A DNA stretch of 52,818 nt from a virus (taxonomy: Duplodnaviria; Caudoviricetes), in the IMG/VR virus record IMGVR_UViG_3300033153_006359, positions 1 through 52,818 of that record; one strand, given 5' to 3'. Positions 37,128 to 45,922 of this stretch are shown in pieces; the first letter of the stretch is position 1, and each line of letters begins with the position of its first letter. The position numbers and the translations under genes are program-made. The notes below the pieces were generated by a model. The model made no database searches. It was not told the origin of the DNA and saw only the letters and a program-made list of their open reading frames with translations.

Positions 37128-37732
37128 AGTATCCTCCTAGGATATTGTAGTTAGACTTCTCATCTTGTAGTACTCCAGAGAGTCCTCCAGTATCTATTGA
37201 AGGACTCTAGCAATCTTACAAGGTACTAGCATACATCTTCCTCTTTGGTACACCTTACACATATTTCGTAGGGTTAAGCGTTTCCGTATAGCTCTTCACT
37301 ATCCATCGGCTCCCTGTGCAGTGTACTCGGTCTCTGGAGTTACAATCTTCTCTAGAGAGTAAATTAGGGTTAATAAGTGGAGCCTTCTACCTCCCTCTAT
37401 CTTTCTTTATCGTCGTTGGTGTCCCTACGACTCAGCTATAATCTGCTACCTAAAGCTAGCCTGTTCTGCATCTTGTCCGAGTAAGTTTGTTAAGCTTACC
37501 GATGGGACTCAGCTGGAAGGTTTCTACCCTCCCTCTTCAGTGTGTCTGTTCACTGCTATGCTTAAGTAACTCCTCATTACTGAGTAGGTGGCTAGTTGCT
37601 CCAGCTATCTGAGAGAGTTACCGCAGGCCTCCTGTGGGAGTTACCGTTGGGTTAAGTGCTAGGTTCGTAGTATTCAGTGATCTTGTCTCTGGTCTCCTTT
37701 ATCAGTAGTTAACCACCGGATTCTCCCGGCTT

Positions 37733-37760
37733 ACTATATTACCGGTGGAATAACAGTCTA
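37733..37760 (-). promoter_or_regulatory. candidate early sigma70-type promoter
   Basis: TAGACT-N16-TATAGT, same spacing and -10 as the 30225-30252 promoter. Confidence 0.35.
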
Positions 37761-37972
37761 AGTGTACAGAATCACTATACTCTCTAGCGAAGGGTGGCTT
37801 ACTTTATGGAGGGGGTGGGGGCCTTTGGGGTTTCGTATGTAGGCCCGTCAGATGTGGAGGGTACCCACACTCTCCACAAGGATATATTCAGGAACTTACA
37901 TAGAACCCTAAGCTATAGTCAACAGATCTACAGGATACAGTGATAACTCGTGAGTGTACCCCCTCAAGGAAC

Positions 37973-38100
37973 CTTAAGGACTCCTTAAGAACTACTCCTT
38001 AAGACTTCCTTAAGCTATTCTTACCAACTACTACTATAGACTACTCTTAAGGATATACTTAAGCCCTCCTTAAGTATAGAGATACAGCTGCCTGCTTAAG
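37973..38100. repeat. cluster of 8 CTTAAG short repeats upstream of the terminase genes
   Basis: CTTAAG at 37973, 37984, 37998, 38009, 38046, 38058, 38069, 38095. Confidence 0.8.
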
Positions 38101-38158
38101 TATATACTAGATTGTAGCTAAGTGATAGCTTCCTAACCAAACTCAAGAGGAGCAAGGA

Positions 38159-38959
38159 ATGACAGCTAAGGTTATAGTACGTAAGAAGAAAGGTAGAGGT
38201 ACCGGAAGGACAGTAAAGGCTACAGAAGAGTCCCTAGGGCCTAACTTTGTAGAGCTAAGTGATAAAGATAAGTACAAAGTTATACAGCTATACGCAGAAG
38301 GGAAGACTTATGCAGAGATAGGCTCTATCGTACACCTCTCTAACTCTACTATTAAGAATGCACTATCAATCCTTATCAAGGAACTGACACTAGTACAGGA
38401 GACAAGAAAGTTAGAGGGCATCACTGTAACTCTACCTACACATATCCGGAATAGTAAGGCCTTAACAGAGGACTTCTTAGAGTTAGCTAAGGATAATGCT
38501 ATGATCTATGCTTACTACTACGGACTTACCCTAGATAGTAAGTACGCACTCTCTGCAGCCGAGCTAGATACAGTTCCTAAGAACATATCCTCTGCTACTA
38601 AGCTGGCTACATACCGTATGAGAGGTCAGTACCTGCAGAGCATACCAGAGGTGCAAGAAGAGATAAGGGTAGTACGTACTCAGCAGCTCTCTGAGAATGA
38701 GATAGATAGGCCTTACGTCATACAAGAGATAACATCTATGCTAGAGGAGGAGAAGCTGAGGAGTACTAGCGAACCCTCTGCTAGAAAGAATAGGATGGCT
38801 CTTATAAAGATGCTAGGAGAGTCCATATCCCTCTTCAGCCAGCGTATAGAAGTAGAGCAAGTATCCGGTAAGGATAACTTACAACTACTGATAGATCTAG
38901 CTGAGCAGGATATCATACAAGAAGGTAGCTATACTATAGAGGATACTAAGAATGACTAA
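38159..38959 (+). CDS. putative terminase small subunit (HTH protein)
   Basis: HTH VIQLYAEGKTYAEIGSIVHLSNSTIK; RMALIKMLGE...F..RIE C-terminus; overlaps terL. Confidence 0.6.
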   Translation: MTAKVIVRKKKGRGTGRTVKATEESLGPNFVELSDKDKYKVIQLYAEGKTYAEIGSIVHLSNSTIKNALSILIKELTLVQETRKLEGITVTLPTHIRNSKALTEDFLELAKDNAMIYAYYYGLTLDSKYALSAAELDTVPKNISSATKLATYRMRGQYLQSIPEVQEEIRVVRTQQLSENEIDRPYVIQEITSMLEEEKLRSTSEPSARKNRMALIKMLGESISLFSQRIEVEQVSGKDNLQLLIDLAEQDIIQEGSYTIEDTKND

Positions 38960-40346
38960 AGAAGAGTCCTTATTGATAGCTAAGCTACGGCACCTATACC
39001 GCAAGAACCCCCTAGCCTTCTGTAGAGATATGCTGGGAGTCACCCTCTCACCTCAACAGGCACCCCTCTTCCTCTCTATGATTCAGAATGAGGCCCGTGT
39101 TATAGTTAAGTCAGCAACAGGGACTGGGAAGACCTTCCTGCTTGCCTGCGTAATCCTTCATCAGCTACTTACAGAGCGAGAGATTAATATTATGGCTACC
39201 TCTCCATCCTCTGGACAGCTACAACGAGGTCTACGTAAGGAGCTGGGTAAGGTACATGGTATGCTTAAGGATGATAGGATAGCAAACTTGTTCGAGTTAC
39301 AGAGAGATGCTATCTTTCTCGTAGATACCAAGGAGACACATATATGCTACCTAGTCACTGGCTCAGCTGAGAATGAGGAGAATCTTGCTGGCCTACATGC
39401 AGACAAGGTTATTATAGCTATAGACGAGGCCTCTGGTATATCTGCTAAGGTTATGGGGATTCTGAAGGGTAATCTAACTACAGCAGGTAGCTCTATGATA
39501 CAAACCTCGAATCCACAGAGACCCTCTGGCCCCTACTATGATCTCTTCCAGAACCCTCCTACTGGATATGAGATGGTTACTCTAGATGCCTATGGCTCCA
39601 CTATGATCTCGAAGAAGTGGATAGCTGAGATGATAGAGACTTATGGGGAGGACAGTGACTTCGTAAGAGTAAGGATAAAGGGAGAGTTCCCTCGCTCCTC
39701 CGACTCCCTCTTTATACCCTCTCACCTTATAGAGAACGCTGTAGAGAGGAGAATGGATCCTCTAGAGTACAGAGGTAAGCCTCTAATCATGGGTGTAGAT
39801 GTAGCTCGCTTCGGATCTGATAAGTCCGTCATCGTACTACGACAGGGAGATAAGCTAGTAGATATCCAGCTATTCTCTGGCTTAGATACTATGGAGATGT
39901 CAGCACAAGTTATAGAATACTACAATAGGAATAGAGGTATCTCCTCAATCATCGTAGACGAAGTAGGTGTAGGAGCTGGTGTAGTAGATAGGCTTAAGCA
40001 GTTACGGCTACCTGTAGTAGGTATCAATGTAGGTTCTCGTTCCTCTAATAGTAAGACATACTTCAACCTACGTGCAGAGGTGTACGAGGAGATGAAGGAG
40101 TGGTTACGTACTGCAGATGTACCAGAGCATAAGGAGTTTATAGATGAGCTGAGGAGCATACAGTATGGATTCAATAATAGATCTCAGCTACAGATGATGA
40201 CTAAGGCCGATATGAAGAAGCAGGGCTTTAGCTCTCCTGATATAGTTGATGCATTAACCTTTACATTCTTCATCTATACCAGTGGCTCTATGCTTCTCCG
40301 TAAGAAGCCTAGGGGTATTAAACGAGTCAACTCGTGGATAGCCTAA
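38952..40346 (+). CDS. terL: terminase large subunit
   Basis: KSATGTGKT, LAGLHA..IAIDEASG, SNP.R.SG, RVR.KGEFP, GVDVARFGSDKS, SPD.VDAL. Confidence 0.95.
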   Translation: MTKEESLLIAKLRHLYRKNPLAFCRDMLGVTLSPQQAPLFLSMIQNEARVIVKSATGTGKTFLLACVILHQLLTEREINIMATSPSSGQLQRGLRKELGKVHGMLKDDRIANLFELQRDAIFLVDTKETHICYLVTGSAENEENLAGLHADKVIIAIDEASGISAKVMGILKGNLTTAGSSMIQTSNPQRPSGPYYDLFQNPPTGYEMVTLDAYGSTMISKKWIAEMIETYGEDSDFVRVRIKGEFPRSSDSLFIPSHLIENAVERRMDPLEYRGKPLIMGVDVARFGSDKSVIVLRQGDKLVDIQLFSGLDTMEMSAQVIEYYNRNRGISSIIVDEVGVGAGVVDRLKQLRLPVVGINVGSRSSNSKTYFNLRAEVYEEMKEWLRTADVPEHKEFIDELRSIQYGFNNRSQLQMMTKADMKKQGFSSPDIVDALTFTFFIYTSGSMLLRKKPRGIKRVNSWIA

Positions 40347-40400
40347 GTGATTATCTCATCCTCAAAGGGGAAATCCATCCTCAGCATACAGGAGCTATAA

Positions 40401-42707
40401 GTGGAAGGTATTGAAATCAAAGGTATTGAACAGCTAGTTAAGGACAAGTTAGCAGGAGCTAACGAACTCTTAGCTACCAAGAAGGAGGATACCTTAGACT
40501 CCCTCCACTCGCATATCATAGGATCCTTCCAGAAGGCTAAGGATGCTAGAGAGACCAGTGGCGTTAATCAGATTATGCTTGATGGCTTACGTGCTTACAA
40601 TGGTACGTACAGCTCCTCTGAGCTAGAGAGTATAGGCTCTGGCTCTTCTATATGGATGAACCTTACATCGAACCTGTGTCGTGTGGCCTCATCTTGGATC
40701 CAGGATATCCTCGTAGGTACTAAGAGCTACTCTATTAAACCTACACCAATCCCAGAGCTACCTGAGGAAGAAGCTAATATTATAGCTTCCCTTGTAGAGG
40801 AGCAGTTCCAGAAGGCTAAGGAAGAAGAGGCAGAGGCTAAGGCAGCAGCTGAGCAGGCACAAGCAGAGCAGGGACAAGAGCAGGGACAAGAGGCACCACC
40901 CCCAGCCCCAAAAGAGAAGGTAGAGACACTTAAGGAAGTCAATGAGTACAAGCGAGATCTGCAGGAAGCTATCCTTGATGCACTCAATACAGAGTCGAAC
41001 GAAGCCTTTGAGCCTATCGCACGACAGGTAGCGGATAACCTCGTAGAGGGTGAATGGGACAAAGCAATGCTTGAGTTCCTTGATGACTTCCCTATCTTCC
41101 CCACAGCTATTATGAAGGGCCCTGTAATTACTAAGGAGCCTAAGCTTAAGTGGGAGAACGGAGAGGCTGTCACTACAGAAGAATATAAGTTTAAGAATAA
41201 GAGGCTTAATCCTCTGGATATCTATCCAGCCCCAGAAGCAAGTACTCCAAATGAGGGAGACTTTATAGAACACTTACGGCTGGATAGGACAGAGCTTTAT
41301 TCTCTAGCGAAGATTGGTGAGGAGGGTGGCTACCACTCAAAGAATATTAAGAAGGTTCTCGCAGGAGAGGAGGCCTTGCTGGATGTAGATGATTACATCG
41401 AGTCGGAACTTGCTGAGGAAGAATTGAAGGGAGATAGAGAGAAGAAGAATAATAATACCTTTCATGGTCTTCACTTCTTCGGAGCAGTACCAGTAAAGGT
41501 ACTTAAGGAGTGGGGCTTCAAGACAGAGAAGAAGGATGATGAGGATACTATCGAAGTAGAGGCTATCCTCGTAGGCTCAGAGGTAATCAAATGTATCCTT
41601 AATGATGATCCGCTGGGACGTAGACCTTATTTTATAGCTAGCTTTCAGAATAGACCTGGAGCCTTCTGGGGCTCCTCTCTAGCATACCTTCTCCGAGATG
41701 TACAGAAGATGTGTAATGGAGCCTGCCGTGCATTAGCTGATAACATGGCCTTATCCTCTGGCCCACAAGCAGAAGTTAATACAAACTTACTAGCTAATGA
41801 GGGCCCGATAGAAGAGATATATCCTAGGAAGATCTGGGAGGTAGTATCGGATCCTATGGGTGGTGGAGGAAGAGCTATCAACTTCTTCACTGTACCATCA
41901 AATGCGAAGGAGCTGCTAAGCATCTATGACCGCTTCGAGGCTATGGGTAACGATATCTCTATGATACCTAGGCATGCTTATACGAATGAAGCTACTCAAG
42001 GTGCACATCAAACCTTCAATGGTTTAGCTATGCTTCTTGAGGGAGCGAGTAAGGGTATCAAAGGGACTATACGAAGAATTGATTATGGAGTCATCATCCC
42101 ACGAGTACAGTATGAGTTCTACCATATCATGCTTAAGGGAGAGATAGACTACACAGGAGATATAGAAGTACATGCATTAGGCTCAGGTGCTCTTACTATG
42201 AGAGCTAGTGAGGAGCTAAAGAGACAAGAGTTCTTACGCATCATCACTCAGCCTGCAGTAATGGCAGCTATCGGGGAAGAGGGCATTATCTCACTGGTTA
42301 AGGAGATTGCAGAGGGTTTAGGACTTAATGAGAGTATCGTACCTACCCGCTTCGAGTTAAAGCAGAGAGATAAGAAGAAGGCAGAGAATGCTCAAGCAGC
42401 TCAGAAGGCAGAGCTGGACAAGGCTCTCGCACCTACGAATGCACAGGTACAAGGCCAGATGAAGATGCATGAGGGTACTCAGCAGACAGCACAGATGCAG
42501 ATCCAACAGTCAGGTGAGATAGAGATGGCTAAGCTGCAACTTAAGCAGCAGGCAGAGGATCTCCGGACTCAATCTAATATCGAGAGAGATAAGGTAAGCC
42601 TACGTAAGACTGAGATGCAAGAGGCTAATAAAGCTGATATGAAGTCGAAGGAGATTGCATTAAGCCTACAAGGTGCAGGCACAGGCGATAGAGATAAAGC
42701 AAATTAA
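40401..42707 (+). CDS. portal protein
   Basis: 768 aa after terL; KGPV, PLDIYP.P, P.GRRPY...PGAFWG, DNMALSSGPQ; Gln-rich barrel-like C-terminus. Confidence 0.88.
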   Translation: MEGIEIKGIEQLVKDKLAGANELLATKKEDTLDSLHSHIIGSFQKAKDARETSGVNQIMLDGLRAYNGTYSSSELESIGSGSSIWMNLTSNLCRVASSWIQDILVGTKSYSIKPTPIPELPEEEANIIASLVEEQFQKAKEEEAEAKAAAEQAQAEQGQEQGQEAPPPAPKEKVETLKEVNEYKRDLQEAILDALNTESNEAFEPIARQVADNLVEGEWDKAMLEFLDDFPIFPTAIMKGPVITKEPKLKWENGEAVTTEEYKFKNKRLNPLDIYPAPEASTPNEGDFIEHLRLDRTELYSLAKIGEEGGYHSKNIKKVLAGEEALLDVDDYIESELAEEELKGDREKKNNNTFHGLHFFGAVPVKVLKEWGFKTEKKDDEDTIEVEAILVGSEVIKCILNDDPLGRRPYFIASFQNRPGAFWGSSLAYLLRDVQKMCNGACRALADNMALSSGPQAEVNTNLLANEGPIEEIYPRKIWEVVSDPMGGGGRAINFFTVPSNAKELLSIYDRFEAMGNDISMIPRHAYTNEATQGAHQTFNGLAMLLEGASKGIKGTIRRIDYGVIIPRVQYEFYHIMLKGEIDYTGDIEVHALGSGALTMRASEELKRQEFLRIITQPAVMAAIGEEGIISLVKEIAEGLGLNESIVPTRFELKQRDKKKAENAQAAQKAELDKALAPTNAQVQGQMKMHEGTQQTAQMQIQQSGEIEMAKLQLKQQAEDLRTQSNIERDKVSLRKTEMQEANKADMKSKEIALSLQGAGTGDRDKAN

Positions 42708-42791
42708 GAGATAGTTGAGGATAGGCTACATGAGCCGAACGGATGTCAACCTAATGTCCTTCCTCAATTTGTTATTTTAGGTGGAGGAAGT

Positions 42792-42974
42792 ATGCTAAAG
42801 GTAAGTAGTACAGATAAAGATAAGATAAAGCATGGTGATACACATTTACTAACTGAGGTAGTTAGTAAGGAGTTGGAGGCAGCTCAGTTAATATTGAATG
42901 TAATCAGGGAAGACCAGAGATATCATCAAGGTATCCTTAAGTCTCTCTCTGATATATTAAATATTCTGAAGTAG
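42792..42974 (+). CDS. small protein between portal and scaffold
   Basis: GGAGG SD; RYHQG..K.L..IL pattern common at this position. Confidence 0.6.
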   Translation: MLKVSSTDKDKIKHGDTHLLTEVVSKELEAAQLILNVIREDQRYHQGILKSLSDILNILK

Positions 42975-43021
42975 ACTCTCGCAGGCAATTAAGCCGACAG
43001 ACGCACACAGAGGAAGGTAGT

Positions 43022-43981
43022 ATGAACGAAAGGGAACGTAGTTTAGAGAAAGAGATTAGAGAGATTGAGAAGGTTGCTTTTGGTACGGAAGATACAGAGA
43101 AGGACGATGGGGCTGCCGAGGCTCAGGACTCTAAGGCTGTAGATGAAACTACTCAGAAGACCGAAGAAGCGAGTGAGGCCTCGGAACCTCATGTACCTGA
43201 TGCGGAACCTAAGAAGGAAGTAGAGGAACGAGATTGGTCATTTGATTATAAGAAGCTTCGTGCTAATAGTGATCAGTATAAGCACCAGACTCGACAGGAG
43301 ATAGCTGCACTAAAGAAGGAAGTAGCTACTCTTCGTCAACTTGTAGCAGAGAACCAGCCAGAGAAGGATACATTCAAAGGTACCTTCACGAAGGAAGAAG
43401 AAGACCTTCTAGGTACTAAGGCACTCGAAGCTATTAAGAAGGCCTCTAAGACTGCCAGCGATGAGACACGTAAGGACTTGCAAGTACAACTAGACCACGA
43501 GCGTAAGCTCCGTCTAGATGCAGAAGCTAAGTCGCAAGCGTCCCTCAAAGCGGATAAGGGCACGACATTCCTAAGCAAGCTCAAAGGTCAAGTACCTGAC
43601 TATGAGGCGATTAATCTGGATCCTTCTTTCGAGAAGTTCATCTATGATGATGACCCAATTAACGGAGGACAACGCCTCAAGTACTTTCGTAATGCAGAAG
43701 ACAGGGGTGATGTAGCTACAGTTGCTAAGTATATGCTTGAGTTTCGAGCTAGTTCCGCTAAGCCGGATCTATTGGCTAAGAAGGTTGCACCCACTGGACA
43801 GTCTGTATCTAATGTGGATACAGCTGAAGAAAATAAAGAACTCTTACCAGTATCTGAGATGGATAAGTTCTATGATGATGTAGGTAAGGGTAAATATAAA
43901 GGTAAGGCTAGTCTTCAAAAGAAACACCAAGAGAAATGGGATAGTGCTTTTGAGGAGGGCCGTATCGATTTTAGGAGATAA
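43022..43981 (+). CDS. capsid scaffolding protein
   Basis: Acidic N-terminus, coiled coil, VPDYEAINLDP.F, C-terminal A..EGRI; precedes the capsid gene. Confidence 0.8.
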   Translation: MNERERSLEKEIREIEKVAFGTEDTEKDDGAAEAQDSKAVDETTQKTEEASEASEPHVPDAEPKKEVEERDWSFDYKKLRANSDQYKHQTRQEIAALKKEVATLRQLVAENQPEKDTFKGTFTKEEEDLLGTKALEAIKKASKTASDETRKDLQVQLDHERKLRLDAEAKSQASLKADKGTTFLSKLKGQVPDYEAINLDPSFEKFIYDDDPINGGQRLKYFRNAEDRGDVATVAKYMLEFRASSAKPDLLAKKVAPTGQSVSNVDTAEENKELLPVSEMDKFYDDVGKGKYKGKASLQKKHQEKWDSAFEEGRIDFRR

Positions 43982-43986
43982 ATAAG

Positions 43987-45006
43987 ATGGCTATTCGTGG
44001 CGGCGGAAGTGATTCCGCATATGATTCAGGTAATGCAACTGGGTATATCCCAGAATTATTCTCAAAGAAGATGCTTGTTAACTTCTTCGAGGTAACTTTA
44101 TTTAAGCAGATTGCTAACACCGATTACCAGGGTGAGATTACTGGTATGGGCGATAAAGTAAATATCGCTACAACCCCAGCTATCGCTATCACTGACTATG
44201 TCATTGGTACTGATATGAATACTGAGGTGCCTACCTCGAATTCTCTGCCTCTGGCGATTGATCAAGGTAAGTACTGGAACTATAAGATTGATGATATTGA
44301 TCTTGTACAGACCCACTTGAACCTGCTTAATGCCTTCGCTAGCGAAGCTGGTGAGCAGATGGCACAGACCATCGATACTGATATTCTGCACTATATCACT
44401 CTTAAAGGTTATGCTACTGCCGTACTTGCTGTTGCCGGTACTGGTGTAGCTGCTGATAGTGATAACTGGGGTGCAGCTGCTGGTGCTGTCTCTGGTGATA
44501 TCGATCTTGGTGCTGAGTATACTACTGCATCTGGTGATAATGCTCTTGCTCCATCTGTAGATACAGCTGGTACTACGATGCATGATTACATCATTGATGC
44601 TAATCTGGTACTCGATGAGCAGAATGTAACTAAGAGTAACCGCTGGATCGTACTCCCTGCATGGGCATGTGCAATGCTTAAGCGTGGTGACCTGAAGCGA
44701 GCTGATGTAACTGGCGATTCTACTGGTGTCATCCGTAATGGTCTCATTGGTGAGATCGATGGGATGCAGGTATACAAGAGTAATAACGTCTTCAACGCTA
44801 CCGAGGATGGTGGTACTGGTGATGATGTAGAGCTCTTCTACTGCCCCTTCGGTACAAAAGAAGGCTTGACCTTCGCCTCTCAGCTCGTTAAGTCTGAGAG
44901 TATCCGTATGGAGAAGCAGTTCGGTGATATCTTCCGTGGACTCAATGTCTTTGGTAGAGCTGTAGTTCAGCCTACCTCCATCGGAATGATGATTCTTAAG
45001 AAGTAG
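43987..45006 (+). CDS. major capsid protein (P22/T7-like HK97 fold)
   Basis: IPELFS, NTDYQGEI...GDKV.I, LAIDQ.KY.N..IDDID, LDEQNV...RW, G.IGEIDG..VY.SN, FGD..RGL.VFG. Confidence 0.92.
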   Translation: MAIRGGGSDSAYDSGNATGYIPELFSKKMLVNFFEVTLFKQIANTDYQGEITGMGDKVNIATTPAIAITDYVIGTDMNTEVPTSNSLPLAIDQGKYWNYKIDDIDLVQTHLNLLNAFASEAGEQMAQTIDTDILHYITLKGYATAVLAVAGTGVAADSDNWGAAAGAVSGDIDLGAEYTTASGDNALAPSVDTAGTTMHDYIIDANLVLDEQNVTKSNRWIVLPAWACAMLKRGDLKRADVTGDSTGVIRNGLIGEIDGMQVYKSNNVFNATEDGGTGDDVELFYCPFGTKEGLTFASQLVKSESIRMEKQFGDIFRGLNVFGRAVVQPTSIGMMILKK

Positions 45007-45018
45007 AGTAGGGAAACT

Positions 45019-45060
45019 GAGGTAGCCTAATGAAGATAGCATTAGGCTACCTCTTCTTAT
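45019..45060 (+). terminator. intrinsic terminator after the capsid gene
   Basis: GAGGTAGCCTAATG-7 nt-CATTAGGCTACCTC followed by TTCTTAT. Confidence 0.75.
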
Positions 45061-45071
45061 ATGGAGACGAT

Positions 45072-45248
45072 ATGTTAAGAGTAGTAGAGAAGAAGACGGG
45101 GAAGGTTATCCGGATCTCTTATAAAGAGTACTATGCTAATGAAGCGAAGTATTCTAGAGATCTGAAATGGAAGAAACCAGTGCCGAAGAAAGTAATTAAG
45201 AAGAAAGTAATTAAGAAGAAAGTAACTACAGAGACTAAGGGAGACTAA
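45072..45248 (+). CDS. small Lys-rich protein
   Basis: GGAG SD, ATG 45072, KKVIK repeats, TAATG coupling. Confidence 0.55.
   Translation: MLRVVEKKTGKVIRISYKEYYANEAKYSRDLKWKKPVPKKVIKKKVIKKKVTTETKGD
45186..45226 (+). repeat. 15-bp tandem repeat (about 2.7 copies)
   Basis: AAGAAAGTAATTAAG twice plus AAGAAAGTAAC. Confidence 0.7.
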
Positions 45249-45922
45249 TGAACTTTCTACAGCTCGCACAAAAGACACGAGCCTTATCTGGCACACAAGG
45301 TACAGGCCCAGTCTCTGTAGTAAGTGCAGATGGCTATGAAGCAGCCCTTGTATCCTTTGTAGCTGATGCGTGGATAGATATACAGAACCATAAGGAAGAC
45401 TGGGACTTTATGCATGGCCGAGTTACCTTTGATACGGTAGCCAGCCAAGCAGAGTATACTATAGCTGAGATATTCCTAGCTGACCCAACTCTGCATAAGA
45501 GGTGGTGTAAGCAGGCAGCTACTATAGAGGATGGTACTAAGGAGATACTGAGTTATAGGGATCCAGAGTATATCTTCTACACATACCTCAATGATACAAG
45601 TGCAGGGAAGCCTACAGAGTACACCTTTAAACGAGAAGATAATAGCATCATACTCAGAGTTATACCAGATGATGCATATAATATAGATCTACACTACTAT
45701 CGCTCACCTCAGATCCTCACGCTTAATACAGATATACCTATACTCAATGCAAGCTACCATAATCTGATTGTATACAAAGCCCTTATTAAGATGGCAGTAT
45801 TCATTGCAAGTCCAGAGCTGTACCAACACTATACAATTGAAGCGGATAAGATGATGGGGCAACTGATGCGTTCAGAGGTTCCAGCGAAGATGATGAAGAG
45901 ACCAGTGAGATTCGCAATATGA
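45248..45922 (+). CDS. head-tail adaptor (tail tubular protein A-like)
   Basis: MNFLQLAQ, W.DIQ...W.FM, G.P..Y, PD.AY.I...YYR.PQ.L....DIP...YH..IVY.AL. Confidence 0.8.
   Translation: MNFLQLAQKTRALSGTQGTGPVSVVSADGYEAALVSFVADAWIDIQNHKEDWDFMHGRVTFDTVASQAEYTIAEIFLADPTLHKRWCKQAATIEDGTKEILSYRDPEYIFYTYLNDTSAGKPTEYTFKREDNSIILRVIPDDAYNIDLHYYRSPQILTLNTDIPILNASYHNLIVYKALIKMAVFIASPELYQHYTIEADKMMGQLMRSEVPAKMMKRPVRFAI

Noticed and set aside
37130-38158. tRNA or tmRNA genes in the large intergenic region
   Set aside because: GGTTCG near 37662 lacks a cloverleaf context; no acceptor stem found
38118-40352. CTAAGTGAT upstream of both terS and portal as a late promoter
   Set aside because: Only two intergenic instances, and the word also occurs in coding sequence; insufficient support
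2617-41923. Numerous opposite-strand or alternate-frame ORFs (e.g. 2617-2877, 10810-11334, 24772-25364, 33594-34070, 40727-41273)
   Set aside because: Fully overlap well-supported genes; Ser/Leu/Ile-rich antisense composition
44098-45042. 314-aa antisense ORF inside the capsid gene
   Set aside because: Shadow of strong codon bias in a highly expressed gene; no SD or recognisable motif
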